A stretch of 64,000 bases of DNA from Gekko japonicus (lineage: Eukaryota): the NCBI RefSeq assembly GCF_001447785.1, contig NW_015169174.1, positions 585,729 to 649,728 of the forward strand, written 5' to 3'. A program made the translations under genes and the position numbers. Below, piece by piece: positions 1 to 12,930 of the stretch; the first letter of the stretch is position 1, and every line of letters begins with the position of its first letter. The notes under the pieces are model-generated. The model was not told the DNA's origin and ran no database searches. It worked only from the letters and a program-made list of their open reading frames with translations.

Positions 1-2374
1 TGTGTGTAAGCTCAGCACCCAAGCCACATATATGAGCAAGCATCATAACAAGACTAGAAGAGGCTGGCATACTACATACCCAGGAGACATCACTGGGGGA
101 CAGCACAGTACAAGTGTCACATCTGCAGAAGGGAACAGCATATACAGCATTTTGCTTTTTTGTGCTGTTGGAAGCAAGATGCCATATATGCCGTATAAAC
201 ACCGCTCCTTAATTTCTTGTCTGAACATGTCCTTCAGGCACAGCTGTGCCCACTCTCTTTCTCCCTCCTGCCCTGCCAGAGCCCTTGGAAGACAAACTGC
301 CATTTGCACAAAAGAGGCATTCTGCAAGAAAATGAAGAGGAATCAGCATTTTCTAAAAGGACCCACCACCAGGACTGGTAAACATATGACCAGTTTGCCA
401 TGGACAGTCCAGCACCCTGAAGACTGTCACATGATACTGGAAAGTGTCGGAACAGTCTGGGGTTGTGTCACAAGGGCTATTTCCTTCCCCCAGAATTGTC
501 TTTTGGTTTGAACTGGGCAAAGCCAGAGCAGACTTCGAGCACCAACCTTACAAAACTGGCCCCACAGCTCAACAGCAGGAGGAAGAAAGGAGTCTCCGGG
601 GGGGGGGGGCAACATCAACAGCCGTCTTGGCACTGTTCCCCCTGTGCTGCCTGGCTCAGCACTTTAGGGAGGGGCCATGCAGCTCAGCAGACAGGAGGGT
701 TATGCTGAACAGGCACCAGCCTTTGAGTTGGCTGATAAGACCAGGGCTTATAAGGCAGCTAGAGTGACCAGATCCAAATGAGGACAGGGCTTTTCTCCCC
801 CCCCCCATATGGCAATGGGCCATGACAAGCTAGACCTGTTGAAATTAAAGCTGCCCAACCTCTCACCTCGACTGCACCTGCCCACCTTAGAGGCAGCTCA
901 GTAACCTTCCTCCTACTGATGCAAAGGAGGTGGCAGGACAGGAACCTCATGCACAGGATCTTACCTGGGAGCCCTGGAACATGATCTCCCCAAACTGGCC
1001 TTTGTATCTGAGTACCTCTGTCTTCTCTAGGGGAAGTGGGAATGCTGCACCCTCGAGCTGCACAGTCTAAACTTAGGCTTCCCGGGTGTGTACTCAACTT
1101 AGGTTGCTCTGCAGGGACACATCTGGGCAACACCTCCTGAGCTGAACAAACAAGCAGGCCTGGGTCATTGGGGGGGGGGGGGCGGGGGGTCAATTAAAAA
1201 GAGGGGAGGAGCCACTGCATGCAGGTGGCAAGCCCAGCCTCATGGAGGCAAAGGAAGAGGATGGAAGACACAGAGTTGTAGGCTTTGCAGGATTGCTCTT
1301 ACAGTCCCAAAGACAGAATGAGGTAGGGCTTCCATCAGTAGGTTAAACAGAAAGAATGCATCTCCTGGGCGTGCACCTCAATGTGTGGGGACAAAAGCCT
1401 GCCTCGAGCCAGAAGGATGATGGCACTGCAGTACTGCCAGGCAACAAGCATAATCAAGTACACACAGAATTCATTCCCACAAATGAGCCAAGTCAGCAGA
1501 CAGACTGTGGCCCCAAACACCTGCTTGCCCAGGTCTGGGACCTGCCAGTATCAGCCGGCCCCACATTACCATCACCGTTAAAACACCAATCACCTCAATA
1601 CAGGTTTCTGGTCTACCTATTCACTGTTCTAGACAGCAGGGCTGGCACTATTACCACCGGGATGATCCTCACTCTAAAATCCTTGCCTGCTATTTTAAGA
1701 TTGCAGTTTCCCATCCATTGTTGTCAGACCCTCTCTGGCAAAAGGCTCCAAGGTGGCTCAACTGATCTATACTTACAAAGCATCAGTTGAAAGGCCATAC
1801 CACAATGGTGGAGATCAGTGGCTTGATTTCACATTGGATGACCATGGCCCTCCAAATTCAGGTTTTTTCAGCTAAGGTAGGCCAGCATCAGTTGACTTCA
1901 GAATAATTATGCCAATGGCTGCCACAGGCGTTACAACTGGGGGGGGGGGGGGGGTCCACTATCACTTTACAGCAGATCAGCCAGTGGCACCAACGAAGAC
2001 AGAGCAACCAGAGAGGTCAGACACAGAAGACAATGAAGGGAATGTACAATTTCAAGAAGAGAGGTCTGAAAATATTCACTACTTTTTATACTGACAAGCC
2101 TGTAGCTGGAGTCACACACAATCTTTTAAAGAAGATGTTCAGCCTTCATTAGGCCTATGATGTTCCCACCTCATTAGCACCCTTTTGTGCAGAGCCTCTT
2201 TCACACACCTATCCCAAGCCAGCGCTTTTTAAACTGGAACGCATGGCCTGTGCACACAGGCGGAGGGCATAAACAACTTTCCCACTACGTTTTTCAAATC
2301 AACCAAAGACCACAGCAGTCCTACTGTCAGCCTTATTGCTGCTAGACTTATAAACATTATTTTCCAGATCACAG

Positions 2375-2566
2375 TAGGGTTGTGATTCTCCAAGTGGCGC
2401 TTGAAGTTCTTCCAGAATTACTACTGATCTCCTGACTGCAGCAATCAGTTCCCCTGGAGGAACTTCAAGTGCCACTTGGAGAATCACAACCCTCCCCAAT
2501 CCCTCCCCTCCTCAGGCTCCACCCCCAAATCCTTAGGAATTTCCCAAGCCAGAATTGGCATCCCTG
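2375..2566 (-). mobile_element. hAT-like MITE, TAGGGTTGCCA-terminus family (degenerate)
   Basis: Reverse-complement similarity to the copy at 11341. Confidence 0.6.
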
Positions 2567-5500
2567 CCACCAGGGATCTCTGGAAAGGAGTGAAGATACC
2601 ACTGCAGGCCTAGGTATTTTGAACAGGAGACTGATCCTCACTTTCCCATCCACATGACAGCCACCTGGGCTGTGCTGCAACCTTGCCCAAAAGGTCAGTG
2701 TAAAGGAGATTCTGGAAAGAACACAAAACAGCTGGGAAGAACTGTGGAGGCACATGAAAGCACCATGATGCTGCTGCGGGTAAGCAGGAAAAAGAACCTG
2801 CTCCCCACAACATCCAAACAGGCGTGAACTACTTGTGAATGACCCCAGTGGCTGTAAGAGACAAGGCTTGAAGCATAGGAGCTTAGCAAGAGGAGGAAGA
2901 TACAAAGAAGTGGAACAGGATCTGGACAGGTAAAGAAGAAGCTGCCTGGGTGGTGTAGCAGCTAGGCAAGGGATCAAATGCCCCCACTTCAGAGAAAGTT
3001 AAAGCCTTATCCTATGCATGTCTATTTATAAATTAGTCCCCCTGTGTTCCATGAGTCTTAATCTGGGGTAAGCATGCATAGGACTACAACTTTTGTTACA
3101 CAAGTCAGTCATCATTAATTTAAATCCCATAAATTTCAACAGGATTGAAGTGCAATTAACTTCCCTTGTATAGAGACCTGGAGGGGAGGGGATGCTCACA
3201 AATGCCTGAAAAATCTAGTAAATTCAGGCAAGGTCAATTTTATACAGTCTGTAGCTCACTACAGATGTAGAGGACCACTTATTCTAGCACTACATACTTT
3301 GCCTGATTACTTGCAAAAGCAGAAAATATATTGCTGAAACTACAATCCCTGGACTTGGAGCTTAGATGAATATTGTAGTGGGCAACAAAACATTTAGGGT
3401 GATCTTATAAAGTCTGGTCTTACCAAAGCTAAGTTTATGTTTTCTGCCCCTGCTGGTCATCCAGCACAACCCCCAACCCTGTGCCTTCCTCTAAACACAT
3501 GATATGTAATCCTGCCTGTGAGTCTTTTATGGATCAGATGTAGTCAGACTCCTTTCCAAGAAGGTGTAGCTTACAAGTCCTGCTCTGAACCTACTTATCC
3601 ACCCCACTTCCTGTTTCTCTTTTTCTGCCTCCTACAAAACAGTAATTATTGCTGGGAGCAACACACAGGCATTTGCAGTCAGTGGCAGAGTACAGGCATG
3701 AGTCAGTCCTGCAGTCCCTTGGTGGGGCCAGTTTCTGGTTATCATAGGGTGTACTTTGGAGTCATATTACTTTGCAGAGAAAAAAAATTTCAGTCAGTCA
3801 CATAACATGGCACTCAGACAAGCTAATGAGTTTCTTCCAGGGTGGGTTCACACACTATGATTTTGGCATATGTGTCTGCATGTACAATGTGTAGATTGGT
3901 AACATATGGGGCTGACTCATCAGTAGCCTGTGAAATCCAGAAGAGCGAACAGTCATAAGATTTCATAGGCCTATCAGTAAATCAGGCCCATGTGGTAGCA
4001 ATTTACATATTCCATTTCCCCATGCTCAGAGAAAAGAGACAGAAGCCTAAATCTGCAATAACATAATGTTCAAAATGGCTTTGAGCCTCAAAAAGTTGGG
4101 AGAGGAAGACATCAGTATCACTCCACCCATCATGTAAATGTAGTCATCTCTAAGGTGAAATGCAATGACTGACTAACAGCATTGGCCCCATAATTTAGGG
4201 CCGGAAGCAGAGATAATACCCACTAAGTTGACACTGAAGCATAATTAGAGACCAAAAATAGTTTTGGAATTTGGTGAAGGCACTAGGGCTTAAGATCCCA
4301 GTCATTCTTGTGTTTCATGAGATTTTCAGTGACTTTAAACAGTCAATGTGGTATCTCCTCCCCCACATGAGAGAAGAGTCCACTTACAAGAACTTCCCTG
4401 CCAGTTTGGGCATTCACACAACTCACAACCTTACATATTTTAAAAGTCCACATTTGCTGAGACCAGAACACAGGAGAAACCCAGCAGCTACAGGGCAATG
4501 TTTTGGCAGTGCTGTTTTCAATGGACACGACACGCTCAGATGATTAGTAGACGGACATGTTTCCACAGTTTCTTGAAGACTCAGCTGAGCTTACACTGCC
4601 TGCGTTTGCAAAATGCCAGCTATACATCACTGGGAGTGCCGGCCCAACTTTTTATAAGCAGTTAAGATAAACGCTACCAGGAAGCTTTAGAACAGCTCCC
4701 AATTTCTGTGGGGAAAAGGGTTTATCCCCTGAAGAAAGTAAGAGCTACTTTCTGTGCAAATGGCAGAGAGGAGCAGTATAAACCTATTGAATACATAGGA
4801 AATAAATAAAAGTTTGACATGCTTATAGTCTATCCTTTTAAATAAAAGGGCTGGCCACAGGAGGCAAAAAGGGGGGAAGTATTTCTTTTAGAATAATATA
4901 TCATTTCCAGAGGGTACCCCTCCTCAGTTGTACCTGTCTACTATAAAAGGTATGAAGCCAATAAAGTCTTATATCCTTTCCCCAATACACAGCCAAGTGT
5001 TATGATTTTTCACCATCAAGCTATTCCAGAGCTCTCCACAGCAGTGAGCCAAACAAGACTGCAAATTATGTTAAATATTTTGTTTAAAAGTATATGCTGA
5101 ACTCTTTCCAGAAATAAACTTTAGAAGAGTAGCTGCAAGTGCCCTGGCCTATATCTCCTGCACACTATAGACAATGATTTATTGTGGGTAGGCACATTCA
5201 TAGTCAAAAAACATAGGCATGACGTGAGCACCCAAACACCATATAAAGTAGGTTGTTGCCAATGAAAGTTCATGCCCAATAAAACAGCTATTAAGGCACT
5301 GTAGCACTTTGGCCAAGAAATCCTGTGATGCAAAATACCGCTACAAATAAGTAAAGCTCTCAGGAGACTGAACGGCAATATACATATTAACAAGCCCCAC
5401 CCTATTTTACCATGGGCTAGATCCTGCTCCTTTCCCAGGAATATGCAAAATGGCATGAATTCAAGTAGGCAGCGTGTACTGCCAATGGGGTCTAGCACAG

Positions 5501-6341
5501 GAAAGTTATATTTGAGGTCTCAATGTATCTTGGAGGGGCACTTCAGGACAGTCAGTGTGATGTTACTGCCCAGAAACTGCAACACAACCTTTTCTACAGT
5601 ACACTTCCTTCAGGTAAAGAAGAGCAGGTACTCTCTGGCCAGTCTGCCCATTTTTTATACACTTCTATTCAGGATCATTGCTATCTCCCAAGTTGGAAGA
5701 TCTCAGTTTTGTGGCACTAGAATATGGTGTTATTGCACCATTACATTATCAGTAGTTTTTTTAAAAGTTCTTAAGGTTTAAAAAACAGTTCTTAAGCTGC
5801 CAGCACAGAAAATATAATTTCGAATCTATGCTTTCATTCCCCCAAAGACTTCTCTTTTGCTGAAACGTTGGGATTGGTTTCTGTCGCCAAAAATCCTACA
5901 TCAGTATGTGTATACTGATGCCAAGTACTGCTGATGAGCTTGCTGGGTTAAGGCTGTTTCTGTTATTGATCCAACTGATGCAGCACCAGAGGAGAGCGAG
6001 ACAGATCAGAGCCATTATGAGAGGGTACCAATTGTGTTCTTGATTGATGTAGACTAAGAAAAGTCAGACCAGGCCACAAAGTCTTGTGCACATGGGTACA
6101 ACCACCACACAGAGTAACATTAAAGCCTATGCCAGGACCATTCCTCTCATCCTGCAGAAGAGTTAGAGGGCCTTGAAGCTGGAATTCAAAGAATTGTAGA
6201 GGTAGGAGAGGCCTTTTAAAACAATCTAGTCTAGTCCAACACTCTGCTCAGCACAGAAAATTCAGAGTCAGAATGTCCCTGAAAGATAGTTGTCCAGCAT
6301 TTGCTTGAAAACCTCTAATAATGGCGAACCCCCACCTCAAA

Positions 6342-6545
6342 AGCCAGTGTGGTGTAGGAGTTAGACTGGTGGACCAAGATACAGATTCAAATACCCACTC
6401 TGTCATGAAGCTCCCTGGGTGACTTTAGGACAGTCACACACGCACACTCTGCTTAACCTACCTCACAGGGTTGTTGTGGAGAAGGGGAGAATGGTATATA
6501 CTTCCATGAGCTTCTTGGAAGAAGGGCAGGATAAAAAAATGCTTG
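6342..6545 (+). mobile_element. Older tRNA-derived SINE (Squam3/MIR-like)
   Basis: GCCAGTGTGGTGTAG head; AACCTACCTCACAGGGTTGTTGTG core. Confidence 0.7.
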
Positions 6546-6994
6546 AAATATATGTCATCAGTTCTATTATACTGCTCTCACTGTTAGGAAGTTTCTCCTA
6601 ACATTCAAGTGAAATGTCCTTTCCTGTGATGTAAGCCCTTTAGAAGATCCAGCTCCCAGGAGCAGCAGAGAACAAATCTTTGTCCTCTTCCATGAGGCAG
6701 TCCTTTGGGTATTAGAAGAGTGCGATCACATCTGCCCTCACTCTTCTCTTCTCAAGGCTAGACATACTCAGGTTATTCAAGTTCTCCTCATAGGTTATCC
6801 AGACCCCTAGGCATCTTTGTTGCACGCCCCCAGACCCGTTACGATTAGTCTACATCTTTCTTTAAACAGTGGCACAGGGAACTGGGCACAGTACTCAGGA
6901 TGAAGCTGAACTACTGCATACGAAATCTCTAAGATGCCAAGCTCTGCTCCTCCCCCCACAAGGAAGCAAGCAGAGCCAGTCTTGGATCAAACCA

Positions 6995-7190
6995 GATAGG
7001 TCTAGGTGGGCAGCCGTGTTGGTCTGAAGCAGTAGAACAAAGGTTGAGTCCAGTGGCACCTTTAAGAACAATAACGTTTGATTCAAGGTACGAGCTTTCA
7101 TGTGCAAGCACACTTCCTCAGATAGCGCATACCTTGAATAAAACTTTGTTGGTTGTAAAGGTGCCACTGGATACAAACTTTGTTCTATTG
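6995..7190. mobile_element. Penelope-like pLTR fragment with inverted arms around a minimal hammerhead motif
   Basis: Arms ~7030-7090 and ~7129-7190 are inverted repeats; minus strand reads CTGAGGA-AGTGTGCTTGCACAT-GAAAGCTC. Confidence 0.75.
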
Positions 7191-7879
7191 GATGAAGCCA
7201 GTATTTCTGATTCTAGCTTTAGAGAGGACTACTTTCTTTTCAGTTCCGTTCCGTTTTTTACATTTTACATTTTTATACTTCATCCTCTCCTATACAGTCT
7301 CAGAGCAGTTTAACATTCTACAGTAATGCCAGTTAGGGTACTGGTGTGAAGGTATCTGTCAAAAGACAAAGTCTTAAAGTGGCTGCTGTAGACTTTAGGG
7401 CCAGCTTTTGATCAGATACCATATAGGAAGGTTGCTTTTCTGACCTGACAAGGCTCTGGTCCCAAATCATTATGACCTGTCCAGTGAACTGAGTTTTGAT
7501 TCAGCTTACTCTAGGAGCTCATGGCCTGAAAGTGGCCCCCACCCACCCAGTGCACCTGGGTCAGCAGAGGCACAGAAGTCCACACCTCCAACTCATCTGG
7601 TGAGACAGGATGGACCGGCTCTTATATAAAGCAAGAAGCTTGAGTTTCCGGAATATCCTACACTTTTGCTAGATACCGAGTTAGGGGGCCTGGAGAAACT
7701 GGACTGCTGGGCGTGGTGGCAGGGGGCTTATATTAGCTATAGGACATGAAATTCATCTCCCTCCCATCTCATGGGACACAGGGACCACAGTCACTCATAC
7801 CACTTAAAACTGACACACTCCACTCCCATAATGGGGGGCAGTATACACAGTCCTCGCCTACACACTGATTTGGGCCACA

Positions 7880-9030
7880 GTACCCGTCCGGACGGTACTA
7901 AGAAATCTTACGTACGTTCAGCCTAAGCACCATAATATAGCAGCACCCCTACTCCCAAACTTGGCACTACTCTCCATGCCCGGCCGCGGTGCCTGCGTGG
8001 GCCCAGGGGAAGGGGAAGTGCCGCTCTCCAGTGAGGACACTGTGGGATTTCAGGGGCCAGATCGCGCCAGATCCCAAAGGCCCAGCTCCCCTGTCCGGTA
8101 GGACTGGGGAGGGTCTGGGGCGGGGGGGGGCGTATTTCGGTGTCGCTCACCTGCTCGCTTGCGCGGGTGCCCTGGGGTGGTCGGCCGCTCCCTGCGTTGT
8201 CTCCCCACGCAGCTGCCCATGGCGGCACCCCCAGGCTGCGATTCCAAGGGTTCCTTGCGCCTGAGCCCTGCTCAGGGCTCTCCCGCTCCGCATGGGGCCG
8301 GATCCCCAATCCGCCGTCCGGACAAGCACGCAAACTTTCTGCAGGGCGGCTCCCACCGCCGCCGCCGTCGTCGCCGCCACCACCTCCTCCTCCTCTCAGG
8401 CAGGTTTGGAGTCTTGCGGAACGGGAGGCGTGAATGAGGCGCTGCTGTTTTGATCAGGTTGGATCCAGCCGAGACAGGCCCGGCGACTCCGATGCTCGCT
8501 GCTGCTGATACGGTCGCAGCCCCGCCGAGAGCTGGGCTCTGAGCCGGGGAGGGTCCCCGGCCCCGGGAGACACTTCGGGCTCCTCCTTCTCCAGGTGAGC
8601 ATGTGACTCGGCGGCAGGAGCCCGGCCCCCGCTCCGCCTTCTCTCTGCCAGCCGAGCCCTGGAAGAGGATCGGCCGTGACCCTAGCCACAGTTCTGCAGG
8701 GAGGAGCGGGCGAGACTGAGGGGAGACACGCCGGCCGGCCCGCCGGCCCGCCCCGGGTAGTGGCGGTTGGGGATTAAACGGACCTCAGCACAAAGTTGCC
8801 AACCTCTCTGCCGATTCCGCTCTTCTCGGAACTCTCCACAGGCTCGACCTCAGGCAGGATTTCAGGAAACCAGATTTGCAAGGGCCCAACTGTCCTGGTT
8901 AAAGACGCAAGGGAAGTCGATCGGCCTGACTCCACACAGGGCCCAAGCAATGTAGACTACCGTTGCAAAAGGCAAGGTTGTTGGGGTTCGGAGCCTTTGG
9001 ATTTCGGGGCAGCTCGCCGTGTTGGCAGTG
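7880..9030. promoter_or_regulatory. CpG island / UBTD1 promoter
   Basis: Dense CpG and GC-rich sequence with a (GCC)n-like tract around UBTD1 exon 1; boundaries approximate. Confidence 0.8.
8151..8220 (-). CDS. UBTD1: UBTD1 coding exon 1 (MGSCVGRQRRERPTTPGHPRKRA-G); rest of gene lies left of window
   Basis: Matches recalled human UBTD1 N-terminus MGNCVGRQRRERPAAPGHPRKRAG; GCCGCCATGG Kozak; donor CAG|GTGAG; synteny with MMS19. Confidence 0.93.
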
Positions 9031-9594
9031 GAAGGCCGCTGCTCTCCCCTTGCATGGTCCTTCTAAAACATCTGAATGGTGCCACTATAACCCTCCCAAA
9101 TGGGGGCACATGTATACAAGCTTGTGGCATGACTTTTCCGGGATGGTGGTCCTATAACACTTTCTGAAAGTCAGTTCTGGCTTAGTTTAAACTTTCAGTG
9201 TACTGGTAGCCTGATTCTGTGCAAAGTTAGGCCTGTTGACCTCTGCATAAACTTGGGCTGTAAGGAACAGAAAATAATAGATTGCTCTAGCCTCTATCTA
9301 CAAGATCGTCCCATCCCTATTTTGATTCTGAACAAAAAAGGTTAGCACCAGTAATTCTTATTCAGATAACGACTGAGTCCACATTGGTTTCCCTTTGTAC
9401 CAAAAGGGAATTTGGGTCTTTATCACTGATGCAGTCCCACCACACTTATTCCTGTCTCTTTCCTTTGCTCAGGGAGAAATATTAGAAATGCCTCTTATCC
9501 TATTTAAAAAGTGTATGCTACACCCATTTTTGTGTCGTGAAAGGTATTACAACTGCTCCTTGCTTCTCACTGAAGACTTTACATGTGTGCATAA

Positions 9595-9775
9595 GTGCTG
9601 TCAAGTTGCAACTAACTTATGGCAACCCCTGGAAGGGGCTTTCTAGGCAACTGAGAAGCAGAGGTGGTTTGCCATTGCGTTCCAATGCAGAGTCTTCCTT
9701 GGAGGTCTCCCATCCAAGTACTAGTCCTACTTAACTTTTGAGATCTGACAAGATCAGGTTATACCATGCCACCTT
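9595..9775 (-). mobile_element. 5S rRNA-derived SINE
   Basis: Minus strand has 5S-like AGTACTTGGATGGGAGACC; tail resembles the copy at 36475. Confidence 0.75.
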
Positions 9776-10289
9776 CCCTCCCTGAAGATTTTTACAAGCT
9801 AGCAATTTAACTAGCAAAGGCAGATAGCAGACTATGAAAGACAAATAGGTGGAGTGGGCAGAATGACCTAGCTGAGACTTAGCTAACACTAAAGGTCATC
9901 AGATCAGACACATTCCAAAGATTTCAGGGGTTTTTTTTCTTTTTATTGTTTGTGGCCCTAGTGCAGAACATCCTATTCATGTTTGAGTCCATGTTAATCC
10001 ATTTGCATTTTTATTGCATCAGGGCTTTTGCAGTACTGAGTTTGGAATCTGATTCTCTTACATTGTCCAGATGCAATTCCAGGTCCTCCCAACCATATAA
10101 TATTCACAAAGAAATTGCCTTTTAGATAATACAAGTGAGGGACAGGCAAGAATTTCAGGGGGCATCTCATTTTCCCTGCAATTCCCCTCCCTCACTATTT
10201 TTCTCTTTGGCTCCCCGGACAGCCTCTGTAGACTTTCCCTTTTTCCTGCTTCCTGCTCTCCTTTGCACCTGCCAGCCAGTGTTTTTTGG

Positions 10290-10455
10290 TTTCCATATTC
10301 AGAGGCAGTAAACCTCTGAATAGGAGTGCTGAGAGGCAAAGAAGGCCATGGCCTCTATGCCCTGTTGTTGGCCTTTCAGAGTAACTAGTTGGCCACTGTG
10401 TGAACAGGATGCTGGATTAAATAGCACACTGGTTTGATCCAACAGTGCTCGTTTT
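10290..10455 (+). mobile_element. CR1 LINE 3' UTR fragment
   Basis: TTGGCCACTGTGTGAACAGGATGCTGG motif shared with the CR1 3' ends at 25172 and 60288. Confidence 0.6.
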
Positions 10456-11340
10456 GTGCCTCCCCATCTTCAATGTTCCCTCCTTCCCTCTCCCTGGCAG
10501 CCTCTCCCCCCTAGGGAAATGTCTGTCTTAGTTGCATGGTGGCAACTGTCCAAGGGCTTGGCCAAGTTGCATGGAAAGTGAGTTTCCAATGGTTGCTGCC
10601 TGGCCCATCCCCAGCAAAGCCTCTTCTACCAGAGGACATGGCAAGGGAAATGAGGTTGGCCTCCTGGCCTCCTAGCCTCCCCCAGAGTTTTGCTTTACAG
10701 AAACCAAGGCTTGGAAGGCTAGTCAGCAAACCCCAAAATGGCCACACAGATCTCAAAATGTAATTTCAGCAGGTATTCCTTTCTTAAAACCTCAGGTATT
10801 GTTTCTTTTATTTTAGGGAGCTTTAATCCACCAATATATTTTACTTTCTTAGATTTCAGATTTTTCAGCAAACTTGAGGCTTCCTTTAGGTTTGTGGGGA
10901 AATCTCACCTGTCCCTGGATTTATTTTGTGGATTTTTTCATCCATGCTCAGGATTAGATATATGATAAAGATTAGGTGCTCTTTGAAAACAAGAACTAGT
11001 AAATAAATTACATGTAAAAAGAATAACCCCAATTCAGTGTCTATCAGGCTTTTTGAACTGGGGCCCTCTTCTAAATTTACACTACCTTCCAAGTTCCCAC
11101 CACTTCACGGGCAGCCATCTCTTCATCAAGCAAACACACAGAGTTCGTAAACACAGCCGCATCTATACAGCTTACGGAACAAAGATCCATAAAAATCTGT
11201 GGACTGGCCATTACTTGGAAGTGGCATTAGAAGGGTTGAGTTTTCTCCCCCCCCCCTTTTTCCCCCTTCCCCCTTCCCTTCCTTTTTGTTAGCATTAGAA
11301 GGGAACAGGGCAGCTCACTTCCTAAAACCAGCCATCCAGG

Positions 11341-11579
11341 TAGGGTTGCCAGCTCCCCCTTGGCACTGGCATGAGGGTAGGGTAGTCAGCTCCAGGTTGG
11401 GAAACTCCTGGAGATTTGGGGGTGAAGCCTGGGAAGGACAGGGACCTCAGTAGGGTACAATCCCATAGAGTGCACCCTCCAAAGTATCCCTTTTCACCAG
11501 GGGAAGTGATCTCTGTTGTCTGGAGATGAGCTGTAATTCTGAGAGATCCCCAGGTCCCACCTGGAGGCTGGCATCCCAA
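11341..11579 (+). mobile_element. hAT-like MITE (TIR TAGGGTTGCCA)
   Basis: Termini TAGGGTTGCCA / TGGCATCCCAA; 8-bp TSD CATCCAGG / CATTCAGG. Confidence 0.75.
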
Positions 11580-12069
11580 CATTCAGGGAAGGAGGCAGGA
11601 GGGGGTTCCTTCTGGCTCTCTGTAGCTTCCATGGTTAGTGTCACAAGTAGCAGTTTTGAGGCTGTAATACTAAATTTCTGCTGCTAGAAGAAAAATGCTC
11701 TAGATCTGCAGGCCGTGAGATCATATTCCTACCTGCAACACACCTTTCCAAATGTCTTGCAGTCCCCTCAGGTCACAGTTTGAGAACCCCAGCCCTGTCC
11801 TAATTTATGCTTGTGTTTGCACAGCACCTGGGGCCAGAATTCCACAGAGAAAAGAGGATCTGTTTCCTTCCTTCGTTCTAGGTTATCCTCAAAGCAGAGT
11901 TTGTCTGGCATTTGTAGCTTTGCCTTTTGTACTCTGGATGAGTCAATGAAAAATAATTCAACTGTATAGCACCAAATTAGTTTTTAATTACTTAAACATG
12001 GAGGGGGTGTCTCTTAAACTGTCATAATTTATATGTACATTTGAAATACGAAAGGCTTTTGTACCAGCA

Positions 12070-12155
12070 GGTTATACCCAGAATTAAACTGTGTTGCCAC
12101 TGGACTCAAAACTTTGTTCTGTTGCTTCAGACCATCACGGCTACCAACCTGAATC
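12070..12155 (+). mobile_element. Penelope-like pLTR remnant
   Basis: Reverse complement of ~6996-7060. Confidence 0.6.
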
Positions 12156-12279
12156 CATACAGTCCGTTGACACTTTGAAATCTGTTGTGATCATTCCTCA
12201 TACACTTATATTGGCAGAAAGAAAGGCTATGGCGGCAAAAAAAGACTTTATTTTTTGCTTTCCCAGTAAATTGGGCCTA

Positions 12280-12930
12280 GTAAAAGCGAGCATTTAAACT
12301 ATGGCGGTAAAACCTCGATCCTCTCCTAATCGGATTTAAACGCCTGCCCTGATTTTTGATAGTCCTATTTACTGCCTCCCGCAGGCCACGCCTCTGCCTA
12401 CGAACTGTACACTCTGCTATTACGGTCCGCCACTACCTTTATCCCTTCGCACGTGACGGAGAGGGTGCGCACGCGCAGTTTGCGCTTCTCCTCCTCTTCC
12501 CCCCCCCCCCTTGTCGTTTTCAGATTATGATGGCGGCTGGAGGGGCTGATGTTGATGCAGGCGCGCCTGGTTCCCAGCTCCAGCCTTGGGAACGGGAAAG
12601 CGCTGCCCGAGAAGCAGCTGAAGGTATGGGCATGCAGAGGACAGGGGAATGGAGCAGACGAAAGTAGAAATCGGCCGGAGACCAGACGGCATGCTACTGC
12701 GGTCTCTGTGGGAAATGAGGTGGGGCTTGCAGGGAAGGAGGTGGCGGCGCAAGGCTCGTCAGAAGACTGATGGGAGTGCGGGAGGTGGGAAAAGCGGAAG
12801 GAAGGCGGAGTTTCGCGAGCCATTGGAAGGCGGGGAGAAGATTTGGGGGGTGGGGTTATACGGGGCGGAAGGCTGGCTCAGATTCGGACTGCGATGGCCA
12901 AGTGTATCATGTAAAGTAATGAAAGCATCG
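12280..12930. promoter_or_regulatory. CpG island / MMS19 promoter
   Basis: CpG-rich; E-box CACGTG 12450-12455; NRF1-like TGCGCACGCGCA 12466-12477; boundaries approximate. Confidence 0.8.
12527..12623 (+). CDS. MMS19: MMS19 exon 1
   Basis: ATGATGGCG... in CpG island; phase-1 donor GAAG|GTATGG compatible with exon 2; peptide divergent from human. Confidence 0.8.

Noticed and set aside
2-2977. Several 100-170 aa ORFs in UBTD1 intron 1
   Set aside because: No recognisable protein similarity and no UBTD1 exon 2 sequence; probably decayed repeats
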